From positions 21,899 through 85,898 of the forward strand of contig RGDC01000001.1 of the NCBI GenBank assembly GCA_009918005.1: a stretch of 64,000 nucleotides of DNA, given 5' to 3'. This document shows positions 1-10,069 of the stretch, in pieces (positions within the stretch are counted from its first letter, which is position 1; each line of letters starts with the position of its first letter). This DNA is from Actinomycetota bacterium. Lineage in GTDB: Bacteria > Actinomycetota > Actinomycetes > S36-B12 > UBA5976. Below the pieces are notes generated by a model. The model was given only the letters and a program-made list of their open reading frames with translations. It searched no databases and was not told where the DNA came from. The translations under genes were made by a program, and so were the position numbers.

Positions 1-358
1 GCAGAAGTCGTGCGAGTAACAGGTCTCGAGCCTCCAAAATCGCAATGTCTTCTTCATCTTCTACTTCGCCACCAGGAATTAATCGAGCCGCTTTTAAGTC
101 AAGCAAGGTGGCAGCAATTACTAGAAACTCTGTGGCCTCGTCCAAGGTCCACTCATCACCGCGCGCCTTTATGTAGGCAACAAAATCGTCTGTTACTTGG
201 TGAAGTGATAAAGCAGTTACGTCAAGTCGGTGTTTAGCAATTAAGGAAAGTAATACATCAAAAGGTCCAGAAAATTCCTCGAGTGAAACAACAAATGAGT
301 CTGAGGTTTCTTCCGGCGCAGCGTTCTTAAGATCAGGCTCGGCAGGCGCCGCAAACAT
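1..358 (-). CDS. scpA: Segregation and condensation protein A (ScpA), N-terminal fragment cut by the window edge
   Basis: Absent from the ORF track because it has no stop in the window. The reverse complement from the ATG at 358..356 reads MFAAPAEPDLKNAAPEETSDSFVVSLEEFSGPFDVLLSLIAKHRLDVTALSLHQVTDDF, an ScpA-type N-terminus (F.GP.D.LL.LI.k..ldv). The ATG overlaps the parA-like TAA by 1 nt (TAATG). The xerD-parA-scpA order matches other Actinobacteria. Confidence 0.75.
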   Translation of the reverse strand, partial: MFAAPAEPDLKNAAPEETSDSFVVSLEEFSGPFDVLLSLIAKHRLDVTALSLHQVTDDFVAYIKARGDEWTLDEATEFLVIAATLLDLKAARLIPGGEVEDEEDIAILEARDLLLARLL

Positions 359-1389
359 TACTTAGCAACCGAACCTTGGGCCTCTAGGCGTGATACCAGC
401 TCCCAGGCAAGATTGCGATAGTTCTGAGCACCTGATGAGTTTGGCGCTTGTTCAATAATTGAAACGCCGGCTTTAGTTGTTTCAGGAAACTTTACAGTCC
501 GACTAATTGTTGTATGGAAAACCGAGTCACCAAATGCGTCAAGCACAGCTTGAATCGTTTCTCTAGTGTGCAGAGTTCGAGCATCCACCATGGTTGGCAA
601 AACGCCATCTATGGTTAATCGATTGTTTAGTCGTTCCTGCACCTTGGAAATAGTTTCGCGCAGCATTTCGACACCTCGTAATGCGAAGAATTCACATTCC
701 ATTGGAATAACAACGCCATCAGCAGCGGTAAGCGCATTAACAGTTAGCAACCCAAGCGAAGGTTGGCAATCGATCAAAATGTAGTCGTAAAACGGACGAA
801 CTGATTCAAATGCCCGGTCAAGTGCGTATTCACGCGCAACTTCTCCTGCAAGCCGTAATTCGGCGGCACTCAATTGAATGTTTGCTGGAAGTAGATCGAG
901 TCCATCGACCGAGGTCTTCATCACAACATCAGTTGCCGGAGCGGCTGTTGAATCCATCAACATGTCATACACCGTCCGCTTGCCACCCAAGTCATCTGGA
1001 TTAACACCGAGACCGATTGATAACGATCCCTGTGGATCCATGTCAACCATCAAGACTTTGCGGCCAGCTTCGGCAAGTGCTGCACCTAAGTTGATTGTGG
1101 TTGTTGTTTTTCCAACACCACCCTTTTGGTTGGTCATAGCAATGATGTATGCAGGTCCATGACTGGAAAGTGGCTTTGGTGAATTGAAAGTAGGAAGTGG
1201 CCGACCTGTTAACCCAAGGATCACATCGGGCGTTTTTTCTTCTTCGCTAGCCACGATAGGAGTTACTGACGCTTCATGGTCAATGGGCAAAACTGGAGTT
1301 GATTCGGTTGTTAACGGAACCGAAACTGACATCGTTGTGGCAGCTAATGGATCGCTTAAACTCTGATCCTGAGGAATTGGAACTGTCAT
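358..1389 (-). CDS. ParA/Soj-family partition ATPase with a long low-complexity N-terminal extension
   Basis: Deviant Walker A 'NQKGGVGKTTTTINLGAALAE', and a ParA/MinD-type core through to the C-terminus. The ORF track gives 358..1428. The ATG at 1389 (MTVPIPQDQ...) is preceded by GGAAGGA 5 nt upstream, so I prefer it. Confidence 0.9.
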   Translation of the reverse strand: MTVPIPQDQSLSDPLAATTMSVSVPLTTESTPVLPIDHEASVTPIVASEEEKTPDVILGLTGRPLPTFNSPKPLSSHGPAYIIAMTNQKGGVGKTTTTINLGAALAEAGRKVLMVDMDPQGSLSIGLGVNPDDLGGKRTVYDMLMDSTAAPATDVVMKTSVDGLDLLPANIQLSAAELRLAGEVAREYALDRAFESVRPFYDYILIDCQPSLGLLTVNALTAADGVVIPMECEFFALRGVEMLRETISKVQERLNNRLTIDGVLPTMVDARTLHTRETIQAVLDAFGDSVFHTTISRTVKFPETTKAGVSIIEQAPNSSGAQNYRNLAWELVSRLEAQGSVAK

Positions 1390-1554
1390 AACTATCCTTC
1401 CCAGCACACACGTGACCAACAGAAACATTCCGTCGAGCCAGAATTAATCGTCGCTGAGGAAGTTACGACTACTTTAGATTAAGCCCTTTTCTCAATAAAC
1501 ACTGGGATGCAAGGTGGCATTTGCTCTGGTGTCGCACTCAGATTTGGGCCCAAA

Positions 1555-2514
1555 TTACCGAGTCTGAGCTCTCGGGTGTGCCGTGGCATAAACCTCGCGC
1601 AACTGGTCCACGGTTACCAAAGTATAAATTTGCGTAGTCGTTACCGAGGCATGTCCCAAAAGCTCCTGAACCACACGAACATCGGCGCCATTTTCCAATA
1701 AGTGCGTGGCAAACGAATGCCTCATGGTGTGCGGAGACACCTTGCCGGCTAGGCCAGCCCGCTCAGCAGCGGCCTGAAGAATCGTCCAAGCGCTCTGCCT
1801 AGATAACTTAGATCCTCGGGCATTTAGGAAAAGTGCCGAACTTGCGGTCGACTTTCCCGAAAGTACTGGTCTACTTCGGACTAGGTAACGATCCAAAGCT
1901 CGTAAGGCATGTGAGCCGACTGGCACCAAACGTTCTTTATTTCCCTTTCCTTTTAGACGCAAAATTGGCAGCTGTTTTGACAGCGTTGACACATCATCCA
2001 GACCTAGATCAGTTAACTCTGAAATTCTTGCCCCAGTCCCATAGAGCAGCTCCAGTAGCGCATGGTCGCGCATCATGAGTATCGAAAGGTCTGAGTCACT
2101 ACCCGCACCAACCGCATTGAGTAACTTTTCAATTTCCGCAAAAGTCAAAGCCTTAGGTAGACGTTTAGATATTGCGGGTGGCTTGACTGCTCTCGCGCAA
2201 TCCGATGCCGTAATTCCCTCTTTTGCCAAAAAGGCATGTAGACCTCGCACTGCAATCAAAGTGCGAGCTGCTGAAGATGGTGCCAGTGCAGGATGTTGCT
2301 TACTGCCAAGCCTCAGACTTATTAGAAAGTCTGAAACCTCATTTGCGGAAACTACGGAAAAATCGGTTATTCCCTTACTGACTAAGTACTCCTGATATCG
2401 ACCTAAGTCACGCCGGTAAGCAGCCATCGAATTCTTGGCAAGTCCACGCTCGACTAGAAGATGGTCTAAATATCCACCGATATTTCGCTGGATCTGAGGA
2501 TTGGCTGATGGCAC
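1555..2514 (-). CDS. xerD: Tyrosine recombinase XerD (chromosome dimer resolution)
   Basis: N-terminal core-binding '[23 protein letters not shown]'. C-terminal catalytic region '[37 protein letters not shown]' carries the R-H-R-H-Y residues. Lies next to parA/scpA. Confidence 0.85.
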   Translation of the reverse strand: MPSANPQIQRNIGGYLDHLLVERGLAKNSMAAYRRDLGRYQEYLVSKGITDFSVVSANEVSDFLISLRLGSKQHPALAPSSAARTLIAVRGLHAFLAKEGITASDCARAVKPPAISKRLPKALTFAEIEKLLNAVGAGSDSDLSILMMRDHALLELLYGTGARISELTDLGLDDVSTLSKQLPILRLKGKGNKERLVPVGSHALRALDRYLVRSRPVLSGKSTASSALFLNARGSKLSRQSAWTILQAAAERAGLAGKVSPHTMRHSFATHLLENGADVRVVQELLGHASVTTTQIYTLVTVDQLREVYATAHPRAQTR

Positions 2515-2610
2515 ACTTCGAACTTACCTGACATAACTAAATTTCAGTGCTGTTCCAAGTCAGATCTAATGTCAAATTCTCTGAATGAACTGGATCTGAG
2601 TGAATTGGAA

Positions 2611-3018
2611 TTAAACGATGGAGAAACTGGCTCGGTCTGCGATCATGGCTTCACGTTTAGCGACCTCTGAACTGACACCAGCAAGCAAACTTGAAAGCGG
2701 AGTGTCGAGTGCGGAGCAAACTGCCGCAAGTAACTCGGACGATGCTTCCTTTTGGCCGCGTTCTAGCTCAGACAAATACCCCAGTGAAACCTGCGCATCG
2801 CGAGAGACATCTCTTAGAGTTCGGGACTGTTCGTTGCGGCGCCGGCGCAGCTCTTCCCCAATTACTTGACGCATAAGAATAGTTTTTTTACCGTAAGTAG
2901 CAGCCGATGAATTCGGGTCGGCGATTTTCACAGTGTGCATAAGCGAAACCGGAGATGGAATCATGGCGGATCCAGACTTACCATTAAGTTCTATTTGCTG
3001 ATTCATTTCGCTATCCAT
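2611..3018 (-). CDS. XRE-family helix-turn-helix transcriptional regulator (ClgR-like)
   Basis: Cro/C1-type HTH '[40 protein letters not shown]'. Its position directly downstream of cinA/pgsA matches mycobacterial clgR (Rv2745c). The true start may be an internal Met. Confidence 0.7.
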   Translation of the reverse strand: MDSEMNQQIELNGKSGSAMIPSPVSLMHTVKIADPNSSAATYGKKTILMRQVIGEELRRRRNEQSRTLRDVSRDAQVSLGYLSELERGQKEASSELLAAVCSALDTPLSSLLAGVSSEVAKREAMIADRASFSIV

Positions 3019-3118
3019 CCATTCATCATATCAATTATCCGTCGGTTACGTCTTGTACTCAATAATGCCCAGAAAACTTGTGAATAAACCTCATAAAAAA
3101 GGGTTAGTAATTTCACAC

Positions 3119-3628
3119 TTAAAGCAGAGTTAGGAAGAGTTCTAGCGCTGCTGCCACAGTTTCTTCACGAATCTGGGCTCTTGCCTGCCTTGGATCATCC
3201 TCTTCCGGAAAAAGGTGCAATTCATCTACTGCTGAGTCAATGACTGTTCCATGTTCATCACGCATAACACAGGCCACAAAAACAGTTCCTGGCAGATGTC
3301 CATCCTGGGATGCGGGTCCGGCCACGCCAGTCACAGCTAAACCAAAGTCTGCATCTAATTTGAGGGCAACTCCGGTTGCCATTTCCAGCGCAACTTGAGC
3401 CTGAACTGCACCACCTTCGGCTAGTAATGATTCCGAGACTTCCAGAAGGCTGGTCTTTAGATCGGTTGCGTAAGCAATCACACCACCACGAAAGATTTGC
3501 GAGGCTCCAGGGACTGAGGTGATTGTCGATCCTAATTGTCCGCCCGTGATTGATTCTGCAGTGGCCACAGTGCGACCCTGCATTGCGAGTACAACAGTTA
3601 CAGCCAACGAGTCAATGTCAGTCGTCAT
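3119..3628 (-). CDS. cinA: CinA C-terminal-domain protein / nicotinamide-nucleotide amidohydrolase (PncC-like)
   Basis: 'TVATAESITGGQLGSTITSVPGASQIFRGGVIAYA' is the CinA/PncC signature. At 169 aa it has no N-terminal MoCF-type domain. Confidence 0.8.
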   Translation of the reverse strand: MTTDIDSLAVTVVLAMQGRTVATAESITGGQLGSTITSVPGASQIFRGGVIAYATDLKTSLLEVSESLLAEGGAVQAQVALEMATGVALKLDADFGLAVTGVAGPASQDGHLPGTVFVACVMRDEHGTVIDSAVDELHLFPEEDDPRQARAQIREETVAAALELFLTLL

Positions 3629-3667
3629 GTTGCCACTCTTTTCGTTGACTTGGTCCGTGAAAAAATA

Positions 3668-4258
3668 TTAGCCATTTTGAGGATGAATCCTTGCCTTCAA
3701 CACGTAGTCAACCCCCGTAGTGATAGTTAGTGCTAAGGCAACACCGAGCGACATTTGTGCAACGGCGTCTATCCAGCCATGTAATGGCAGCAAGAAAGCC
3801 ACAATTGCGACGATCTGACTAACGGTCTTAAGTTTTCCACCCCTACTTGCCGGAATGACACCTTGTTTTATTACCCAGAATCGCAACAACGTGATGGCGA
3901 TTTCTCGGAAGATTATGACTCCAGTAACCCACCAAGCAATCTCACCTTGAATTGAAAGTGCAACGAGTGCCGTTCCAATTAGCGCCTTATCGGCAATTGG
4001 GTCAGCTATTTTTCCGAAGTTGGTCACAAGTCCGTATCTTCTTGCCCATACACCGTCAACCAAGTCAGTAAGTGCGGCTACTAAAAACACGGCAGCACTA
4101 GCCCACTGCGCTGCTTCAGTTTGCTCGATTGCAAGCACTAGGTAGCCAAAGACTGGAACCATAATCAATCTAGCTACGGTCAATAGATTTGGAATGTTTA
4201 AAACTGGAACTTCATTATTGGGGTCACCTAAGTGATCTGGAGTTAGCGGGCTTGTCAC
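3668..4258 (-). CDS. pgsA: CDP-diacylglycerol--glycerol-3-phosphate 3-phosphatidyltransferase
   Basis: Canonical CDP-alcohol motif 'DLVDGVWARRYGLVTNFGKIADPIADK' (Dx2DGx2ARx8Gx3Dx3D) with multiple TM segments. The GTG start at 4258..4256 overlaps the rimO TAG by 1 nt. Confidence 0.85.
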   Translation of the reverse strand: MTSPLTPDHLGDPNNEVPVLNIPNLLTVARLIMVPVFGYLVLAIEQTEAAQWASAAVFLVAALTDLVDGVWARRYGLVTNFGKIADPIADKALIGTALVALSIQGEIAWWVTGVIIFREIAITLLRFWVIKQGVIPASRGGKLKTVSQIVAIVAFLLPLHGWIDAVAQMSLGVALALTITTGVDYVLKARIHPQNG

Positions 4259-5637
4259 TACGAAATCTGCTTTGCAACAATGTCAACGCCTACGGAATCG
4301 ATCACAACTGCTCGCACAATTGATCCCACCGGCAATGTCTTATCCGAAACCACAGTTGTTGAGCCATCAACTTCAGGACCTTGATGCTCACTGCGCCCTT
4401 GATTGCCAGACTCTTCGATCAAAACTGAAACTTCTTGGCCAATTCGACTACGCGCAACGTTTTCGCTAACCCGCAGAGCAACTCTACTGACCGCTTCATG
4501 TCTTTTCTGGATTTCATGTTCAGGAAGGTGACCATCTAATTTAACGGCCGCAGTTCCGTCCTCGTCAGAGTACGCAAACACTCCGACTGCATCTAGTCGG
4601 GCACCCTCGATAAATTCGATTAACTCGGTTACATCGGCTTCCGTTTCGCCTGGGAATCCAACAATCACATTCGTTCGAGCGCCAGCTAGTGGATTGTGGA
4701 TTCGAATCGCACTTAAAAGATCCAAGAAGCTGTCAGTACCGCCAAATCTCTTCATGCGCCTAAGTACTGCGTTACTTGCATGTTGAAATGACAGATCGAA
4801 ATATGGAACGATTCCAGGAGTGTTAGCAATTACGCTTATCAGATCAGGGCGCATTTCGGCAGGTTGTAAGTACGAGACTCTCACCCACTCAATACCTTCG
4901 GGCTGAACAAGCAACGGTAGAAGTTTCTCTAGCAGTCTCAAATCGCCAAGATCTTTGCCGTAGGAAGTTGAATTCTCGCTGACTAAGAGAAGTTCTCGAA
5001 CACCATTTTCACCAAGCCAGGCAGCTTCCTCAAAAATTTCGCCCGGATCACGCGATACGAAGGAACCACGAAAAGCCGGAATTGCACAAAATGTACATCT
5101 GCGATCACAGCCTGATGCAATCTTTAATGGCGCCCATGGCGTAGCTTCTAACCGTTTTCGATAGACATGCGGACCCATACCAGGTGTTGAAACATCGGAC
5201 GTGACCGACTGACGTTCCACTGGCGAAATCGGGAGCAGTTTCCTTCTATCACCTGGCGCGTGGGGCACAATTGATTCGCCAGCCAAAACTTTTCGAAGCG
5301 TTGTACCAATGTTTGCGTAGTCATCAAAACTTAAGATGGCATCGGCCTCTGGCAACTCTGCTGCTAGTTCTTTGCCGTAACGCTGGGCTAGGCAACCAAC
5401 AGCGACAACTTTTCCATTTCCGGCAAGCAACTCACTGGCTTCCAAAATAGTGTCAATGGAGTCTTTCTTAGCCTGTTCAATAAAGCCACATGTGTTTACA
5501 AGAACCAAATCAGTGGCTTCCCCGTCAGCAACTAAATTCCAACCATCGGCCGTCAATCTGCCAGCAAGCTCTTCGGAATCGACATCATTGCGTGAACAGC
5601 CAAGCGAAACGATAGATACCCGGGGATTAGCAGTCAC
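4258..5637 (-). CDS. rimO: Ribosomal protein S12 methylthiotransferase RimO (radical SAM MTTase)
   Basis: MTTase N-domain 'VSIVSLGCSRNDVDSE', radical-SAM cluster 'CDRRCTFCAIP', and a C-terminal TRAM-like segment. The 'LGC.RN' type and the pgsA/ftsK neighbourhood favour RimO over MiaB. Confidence 0.75.
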   Translation of the reverse strand: MTANPRVSIVSLGCSRNDVDSEELAGRLTADGWNLVADGEATDLVLVNTCGFIEQAKKDSIDTILEASELLAGNGKVVAVGCLAQRYGKELAAELPEADAILSFDDYANIGTTLRKVLAGESIVPHAPGDRRKLLPISPVERQSVTSDVSTPGMGPHVYRKRLEATPWAPLKIASGCDRRCTFCAIPAFRGSFVSRDPGEIFEEAAWLGENGVRELLLVSENSTSYGKDLGDLRLLEKLLPLLVQPEGIEWVRVSYLQPAEMRPDLISVIANTPGIVPYFDLSFQHASNAVLRRMKRFGGTDSFLDLLSAIRIHNPLAGARTNVIVGFPGETEADVTELIEFIEGARLDAVGVFAYSDEDGTAAVKLDGHLPEHEIQKRHEAVSRVALRVSENVARSRIGQEVSVLIEESGNQGRSEHQGPEVDGSTTVVSDKTLPVGSIVRAVVIDSVGVDIVAKQIS

Positions 5638-5647
5638 GCTGTGAAGC

Positions 5648-8299
5648 CTACTCGCCGCGGATCAAAGCAATTGTTCCCGCTAGATCTTCAGCAGTTACTA
5701 GTACCTCACGAGCCTTGGATCCTTCAGAAGGTCCCACAATGTTCCGAGATTCCATCAGATCCATCAAGCGCCCAGCTTTAGCAAAACCGATTCGTAACTT
5801 GCGTTGCAACATAGATGTTGAACCGAATTGCGTTGAGACAACTAATTCAACCGCGGCAAGCAAGTCATCTAGATCGTTACCAATGTCGCCATCAACTTCG
5901 CGAGCGGCTGCAACTGGGGCAACGATGTCCTCACGATACTGCGGGGCCATTTGACCCTTAGCGTGAGCCACTACGGCGCGAATTTCGGCCTCAGTAACCC
6001 ATGAACATTGAATGCGAATTGGCTTTGATGTTCCCATCGGGAGGAATAGCCCGTCGCCTTGGCCAACAAGTTTTTCAGCGCCAGGCTGATCCAAAATTAC
6101 TCGACTATCAGCAAGGCTTGATGTCGAAAAAGCCAAACGACTTGGAACGTTCGCCTTAATTAAGCCGGTGACAACATCAACTGATGGTCGCTGAGTTGCT
6201 AGCACCAAGTGAATTCCTGCAGCTCTGGCAAGTTGTGTGATTCGTACTACCGAATCTTCTACGTCTCTCGGCGCGACCATCATTAGGTCAGCTAATTCAT
6301 CTACTACAACAAGCAGATAAGGGTAAGGCCGTAACACGCGCTCAGACCCTGGTGGTGGAGCAACTTTGCCACCACGAACCGCTTTATTGAAGTCATCAAC
6401 ATGTCTAAAACCGTAAGCCGCCAAGTCGTCGTAACGAGCTTCCATTTCTTTCACTACCCAGGTGAGTGCTTCAGCGGCCTTCTTTGGATTTGTGATGATT
6501 GGGCTAATCAAGTGCGGAATACCTTCGTAAGCCGTTAGTTCGACTCGCTTCGGATCAATCAAAATCATGCGTACTTCATCTGGAGTCGATCGCATCAGAA
6601 TCGAAGTAATCAGTGCGTTCATGCAACCTGATTTACCGGCACCGGTAGCGCCTGCCACTAAAAGGTGTGGCATTTTTGCCAGGTTGGCAACCGTGAAACC
6701 ACCTTCGACGTCTTTGCCTAGGCCAACCAGCATTGGGTGTTGATCGCCAGCTGCCTCTTGACTTCGCATCACATCACCAAGGGAAACAACCTCTCGGTCG
6801 GTATTTGGAATTTCGATGCCAATTGCGCTCTTACCTGGAATTGGAGACAAAATTCTTACGTCGGCGCTGGCTACTGCGTACGCGATGTTCTTGCTCAATG
6901 CAGTTACGCGCTCAACTTTGACCTTTGGACCAAGTTCAACCTCATAGCGAGTAACAGTTGGACCACGCTGAAAGCCGGTAACTTTTGCATCAATGTCGAA
7001 TTGCTCAAGAACCTGCGTTAGCGCTTCAATCACAGCGTCGTTAGCTGCCGTGCGAGCCTTTGGTGTTGCGCCAGGCTTAAGCAACGATTCACTCGGTAGC
7101 TTGTAGTTCGAAGCAGAGACAAATTGCAGCTGCTCAGATTTAACTGGCTTCACGTCGAGCATCGATGCTGGTTGCGACGGGGCGACAACGACAGATGGCT
7201 TTGCAATTCCCGTTTCCAGTGATACAGCCTGGGTGTCAATAGAAACAACGGGTGCAAGCACATCTACGGCGATTGTGTTCATTTGAGTAATGTCCTGGAC
7301 CTGAGCGGCAGTCTCGATTACTTCTTCGACTACTTGATTGGTCACAACCGGAGTTGCAAACGGAGTGTCGCCAGCAAGTTGCCCGATAGCCAAAGCTGGA
7401 TCAACTTCGGAAGCTGTCGCACTCTTGCGGCGCAAGCGGCTGAATAAAGTGCGATGTGGTGCAACCGTTAGATCAAGAGCAAGTTGAGCTTGCGCCGCTG
7501 AAATTGCATCGACATTCGGATGTGACATCCCGAATTCATCCGCTGATTCCTCTAGCGTTTTTGAGTGATTGAACTTTGCAGTGATGGCCCGAACTTTTGT
7601 AGGGATCGCATTCACCGGAGTAGCTGTAATAATCAAAATCGAAAAAAACGAGACAACCAATAGGAGTAAAACAGTAACAATCGTTCCTACTGCACTAACG
7701 AATGGTGCAGTTACTGCCCAGCCAACCCAACCAGAGGCGTCTCTCATAGCAGTTGCGCCCGAAGATGGCATTGGATTTCCCCGATTGATGTGAGCAATTC
7801 CCATAACGCTCAACGAAAGCAGCGTCCAACCGATTGTTAGCCGGCCTTTCTTCTGAGATGGCGCATCTGGATGCCGCAATGTTTGGATAGCAATCACAAG
7901 TAGTGCAACTGGTGCAAGAACGTCAAACATCCCAATCGCACCGGTAACCACGCTGGTGACCACACCAGCAATAAATCCAGATGCATCAAACCAAATAACA
8001 GATGCCACGATAATTGCGAACGAGAGGTATACAAGCCCTAATCCATCACGGCGATGTGCTGGATCTAGATCTCTTGCACTTTTTCCAATGCCACGAGCAA
8101 TGGCTCCGACAACATGAGCAATTCCCAACCAAACCGCTGTTACGAACTTACGAAAACCGAGAGCAGCAGAAGTAAGAGCTGACGGCTTAGAACTTTTTCG
8201 TGGCTTAACTGGCGGGCGTCCTGAAGTGGAATTTCTTCCTTGCGGACGGGAGCCAGATGAGGTGCGCGGGCGAGTCTTTGCCGCTGACGGGGAAGCCAT
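5648..8299 (-). CDS. ftsK: DNA translocase FtsK
   Basis: N-terminal TM segments and a long linker. Walker A 'GATGAGKSGCMNALI', Walker B 'LLVVVDELADLM', and a C-terminal gamma winged-helix 'TSMLQRKLRIGFAKAGRLMDLME'. Confidence 0.95.
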   Translation of the reverse strand: MASPSAAKTRPRTSSGSRPQGRNSTSGRPPVKPRKSSKPSALTSAALGFRKFVTAVWLGIAHVVGAIARGIGKSARDLDPAHRRDGLGLVYLSFAIIVASVIWFDASGFIAGVVTSVVTGAIGMFDVLAPVALLVIAIQTLRHPDAPSQKKGRLTIGWTLLSLSVMGIAHINRGNPMPSSGATAMRDASGWVGWAVTAPFVSAVGTIVTVLLLLVVSFFSILIITATPVNAIPTKVRAITAKFNHSKTLEESADEFGMSHPNVDAISAAQAQLALDLTVAPHRTLFSRLRRKSATASEVDPALAIGQLAGDTPFATPVVTNQVVEEVIETAAQVQDITQMNTIAVDVLAPVVSIDTQAVSLETGIAKPSVVVAPSQPASMLDVKPVKSEQLQFVSASNYKLPSESLLKPGATPKARTAANDAVIEALTQVLEQFDIDAKVTGFQRGPTVTRYEVELGPKVKVERVTALSKNIAYAVASADVRILSPIPGKSAIGIEIPNTDREVVSLGDVMRSQEAAGDQHPMLVGLGKDVEGGFTVANLAKMPHLLVAGATGAGKSGCMNALITSILMRSTPDEVRMILIDPKRVELTAYEGIPHLISPIITNPKKAAEALTWVVKEMEARYDDLAAYGFRHVDDFNKAVRGGKVAPPPGSERVLRPYPYLLVVVDELADLMMVAPRDVEDSVVRITQLARAAGIHLVLATQRPSVDVVTGLIKANVPSRLAFSTSSLADSRVILDQPGAEKLVGQGDGLFLPMGTSKPIRIQCSWVTEAEIRAVVAHAKGQMAPQYREDIVAPVAAAREVDGDIGNDLDDLLAAVELVVSTQFGSTSMLQRKLRIGFAKAGRLMDLMESRNIVGPSEGSKAREVLVTAEDLAGTIALIRGE

Positions 8300-8383
8300 A
8301 TAACCAAATATATCCGAATCACTCCAGTAACACCCGTACCAAGAGTTTCGGCGTGTCGGAAACTTATCTCTGTTTTGCTTGAA

Positions 8384-10069
8384 TTAATTAGAAATTATTA
8401 ATGGGACGATCATCGGTCGGCGACGATGCTTCTCGCCCACCCACTTACCAGCAACTCTGCGTACCATTTGTCCAAGTTGATGAGTGTCTGTAACACCTTC
8501 CGCCAGAGCGACTTCAAGTGTGGATTTAATTTTAGGCAGGATTTCTTCAAAGACGCTCTCTTCTTTGCTAAAGCCTCGCGCATGGATTTGAGGTCCAGCG
8601 ATCACCTTTCGATTTTCAAAATCAATCGCCGCCACGATCGACAAGAATCCATCCTCGCCAAGTACGCGACGATCTTTCAGCAAGGATTCCGAAACTTCGC
8701 CCACAGCTGAGCCTTCGACATAGACATATCCACATGGAACAGCACCAACTATATTTGCTTTTCCATTGACTAGGTCAACGACGATGCCATCCCCTGCCAG
8801 CATTACGCGGGACTCTGGGACGCCGGTCTTAATGGCTAAATCAGCATTAGCTCTTAAGTGGCGCCATTCGCCATGAATCGGCATAACATTCTTTGGCTTA
8901 ACAATGTTGTAGCAGTACAAAAGTTCACCAGCTGCAGCATGACCTGAAACATGTACTAGCGCGTTGCCCTTGTGAACAACGTGTGCGCCTAGTCGAGTTA
9001 GATCATTAATAATTCGGTAAACCGCGTTTTCATTGCCAGGAATCAATGACGAGGCAAGTATTACTGTGTCACCAGGTCCAACTGAAATCGCGTGATCTTG
9101 ATTGGCAATGCGTGCGAGCGCTGCCATAGGTTCACCTTGCGAACCAGTGCAAATTAGTACCGCTTGATCGTCTGGCAGATCCGCCATTTCGTCACTGGAG
9201 ATTAGCGCCCCACTCGGAATTGTTAAGTAGCCAAGTTCACTTGCAAGTGCCATGTTTCGAACCATTGATCTTCCAACAAATGCAATTTTGCGATTGTTTC
9301 GGACAGCTACATCAATAATCTGCTGCACTCGATGTACGTGAGATGCAAAAGACGCGACGATAACTCGACCCGAGGCACCACCTATTACTTGTTGCAAAGT
9401 AGGAATTATGTCTTTTTCGCTAGTAACAAAGCCAGGGACTTCAGCGTTTGTTGAGTCGACTAGAAATAGATCTACACCTATATCACCTAGCCGAGCAAAA
9501 GCATTGAGGTCCGTGACTCTGCCATCCAGAGGCAACTGATCCATTTTGAAATCGCCAGTTATCAGGATCGTTCCAGCATCAGTGGTCACTGCAACTGCTA
9601 ACGCGTCAGGTATCGAATGATTGACCGCTATGAATTCAACTGAGAAGTCACCAAACTTTTCAGTCATCCCCTCTTTGACAGCATGGGTGTAAGCAGTTAT
9701 TCGATGTTCTTTTAATTTACTCTCGATAAATGCCAAAGTAAGTTGTGAGCCAACAATCGGAATGTCTTGTTTGTGCCGCAGCAGATATGGGACGGCACCA
9801 ATGTGATCCTCATGCCCATGCGTCAAAATCACAGCGGCCACGTCATCGAGTCGATCTTGGATGTAAGCGAAATCCGGAAGGATTAAATCGACTCCAGGCT
9901 GAGTTTCCTCCGGAAACAAAACTCCGCAGTCAACAATCAAAAGTTTTCCGCGATATTCAAGAACGGTCATGTTACGACCGATGTCGCCAAGTCCACCTAG
10001 TGCAACAACGCGAAAGGCATCATCCGATAACGCCGGTGGAGTTGGCAGCTCAATTTGTGAAAATGTCAC
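8384..10069 (-). CDS. rnj: Ribonuclease J
   Basis: Metallo-beta-lactamase motif 'THGHEDHIG', beta-CASP architecture, 561 aa. Overlaps dapA by 4 nt. Confidence 0.95.
   Translation of the reverse strand: MTFSQIELPTPPALSDDAFRVVALGGLGDIGRNMTVLEYRGKLLIVDCGVLFPEETQPGVDLILPDFAYIQDRLDDVAAVILTHGHEDHIGAVPYLLRHKQDIPIVGSQLTLAFIESKLKEHRITAYTHAVKEGMTEKFGDFSVEFIAVNHSIPDALAVAVTTDAGTILITGDFKMDQLPLDGRVTDLNAFARLGDIGVDLFLVDSTNAEVPGFVTSEKDIIPTLQQVIGGASGRVIVASFASHVHRVQQIIDVAVRNNRKIAFVGRSMVRNMALASELGYLTIPSGALISSDEMADLPDDQAVLICTGSQGEPMAALARIANQDHAISVGPGDTVILASSLIPGNENAVYRIINDLTRLGAHVVHKGNALVHVSGHAAAGELLYCYNIVKPKNVMPIHGEWRHLRANADLAIKTGVPESRVMLAGDGIVVDLVNGKANIVGAVPCGYVYVEGSAVGEVSESLLKDRRVLGEDGFLSIVAAIDFENRKVIAGPQIHARGFSKEESVFEEILPKIKSTLEVALAEGVTDTHQLGQMVRRVAGKWVGEKHRRRPMIVPLIISN

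Noticed and set aside
10-237. 75-aa plus-strand ORF at the left edge
   Set aside because: It lies antisense to a much better reading frame, the ScpA N-terminus on the minus strand starting at 358. Its sequence is low-complexity Leu/Gln/Arg-rich with no recognisable motif.
1555-2514. Tyrosine recombinase as a marker of an integrated mobile element
   Set aside because: It is XerD-like in length and motifs, and sits in the conserved xerD-parA-scpA housekeeping context. No att-like repeats, phage genes or transposase genes lie nearby.
8140-8322. 60-aa minus-strand ORF overlapping the ftsK 5' end
   Set aside because: It is out of frame with ftsK, has Arg/Leu-rich composition, and has no SD. It is most likely spurious.
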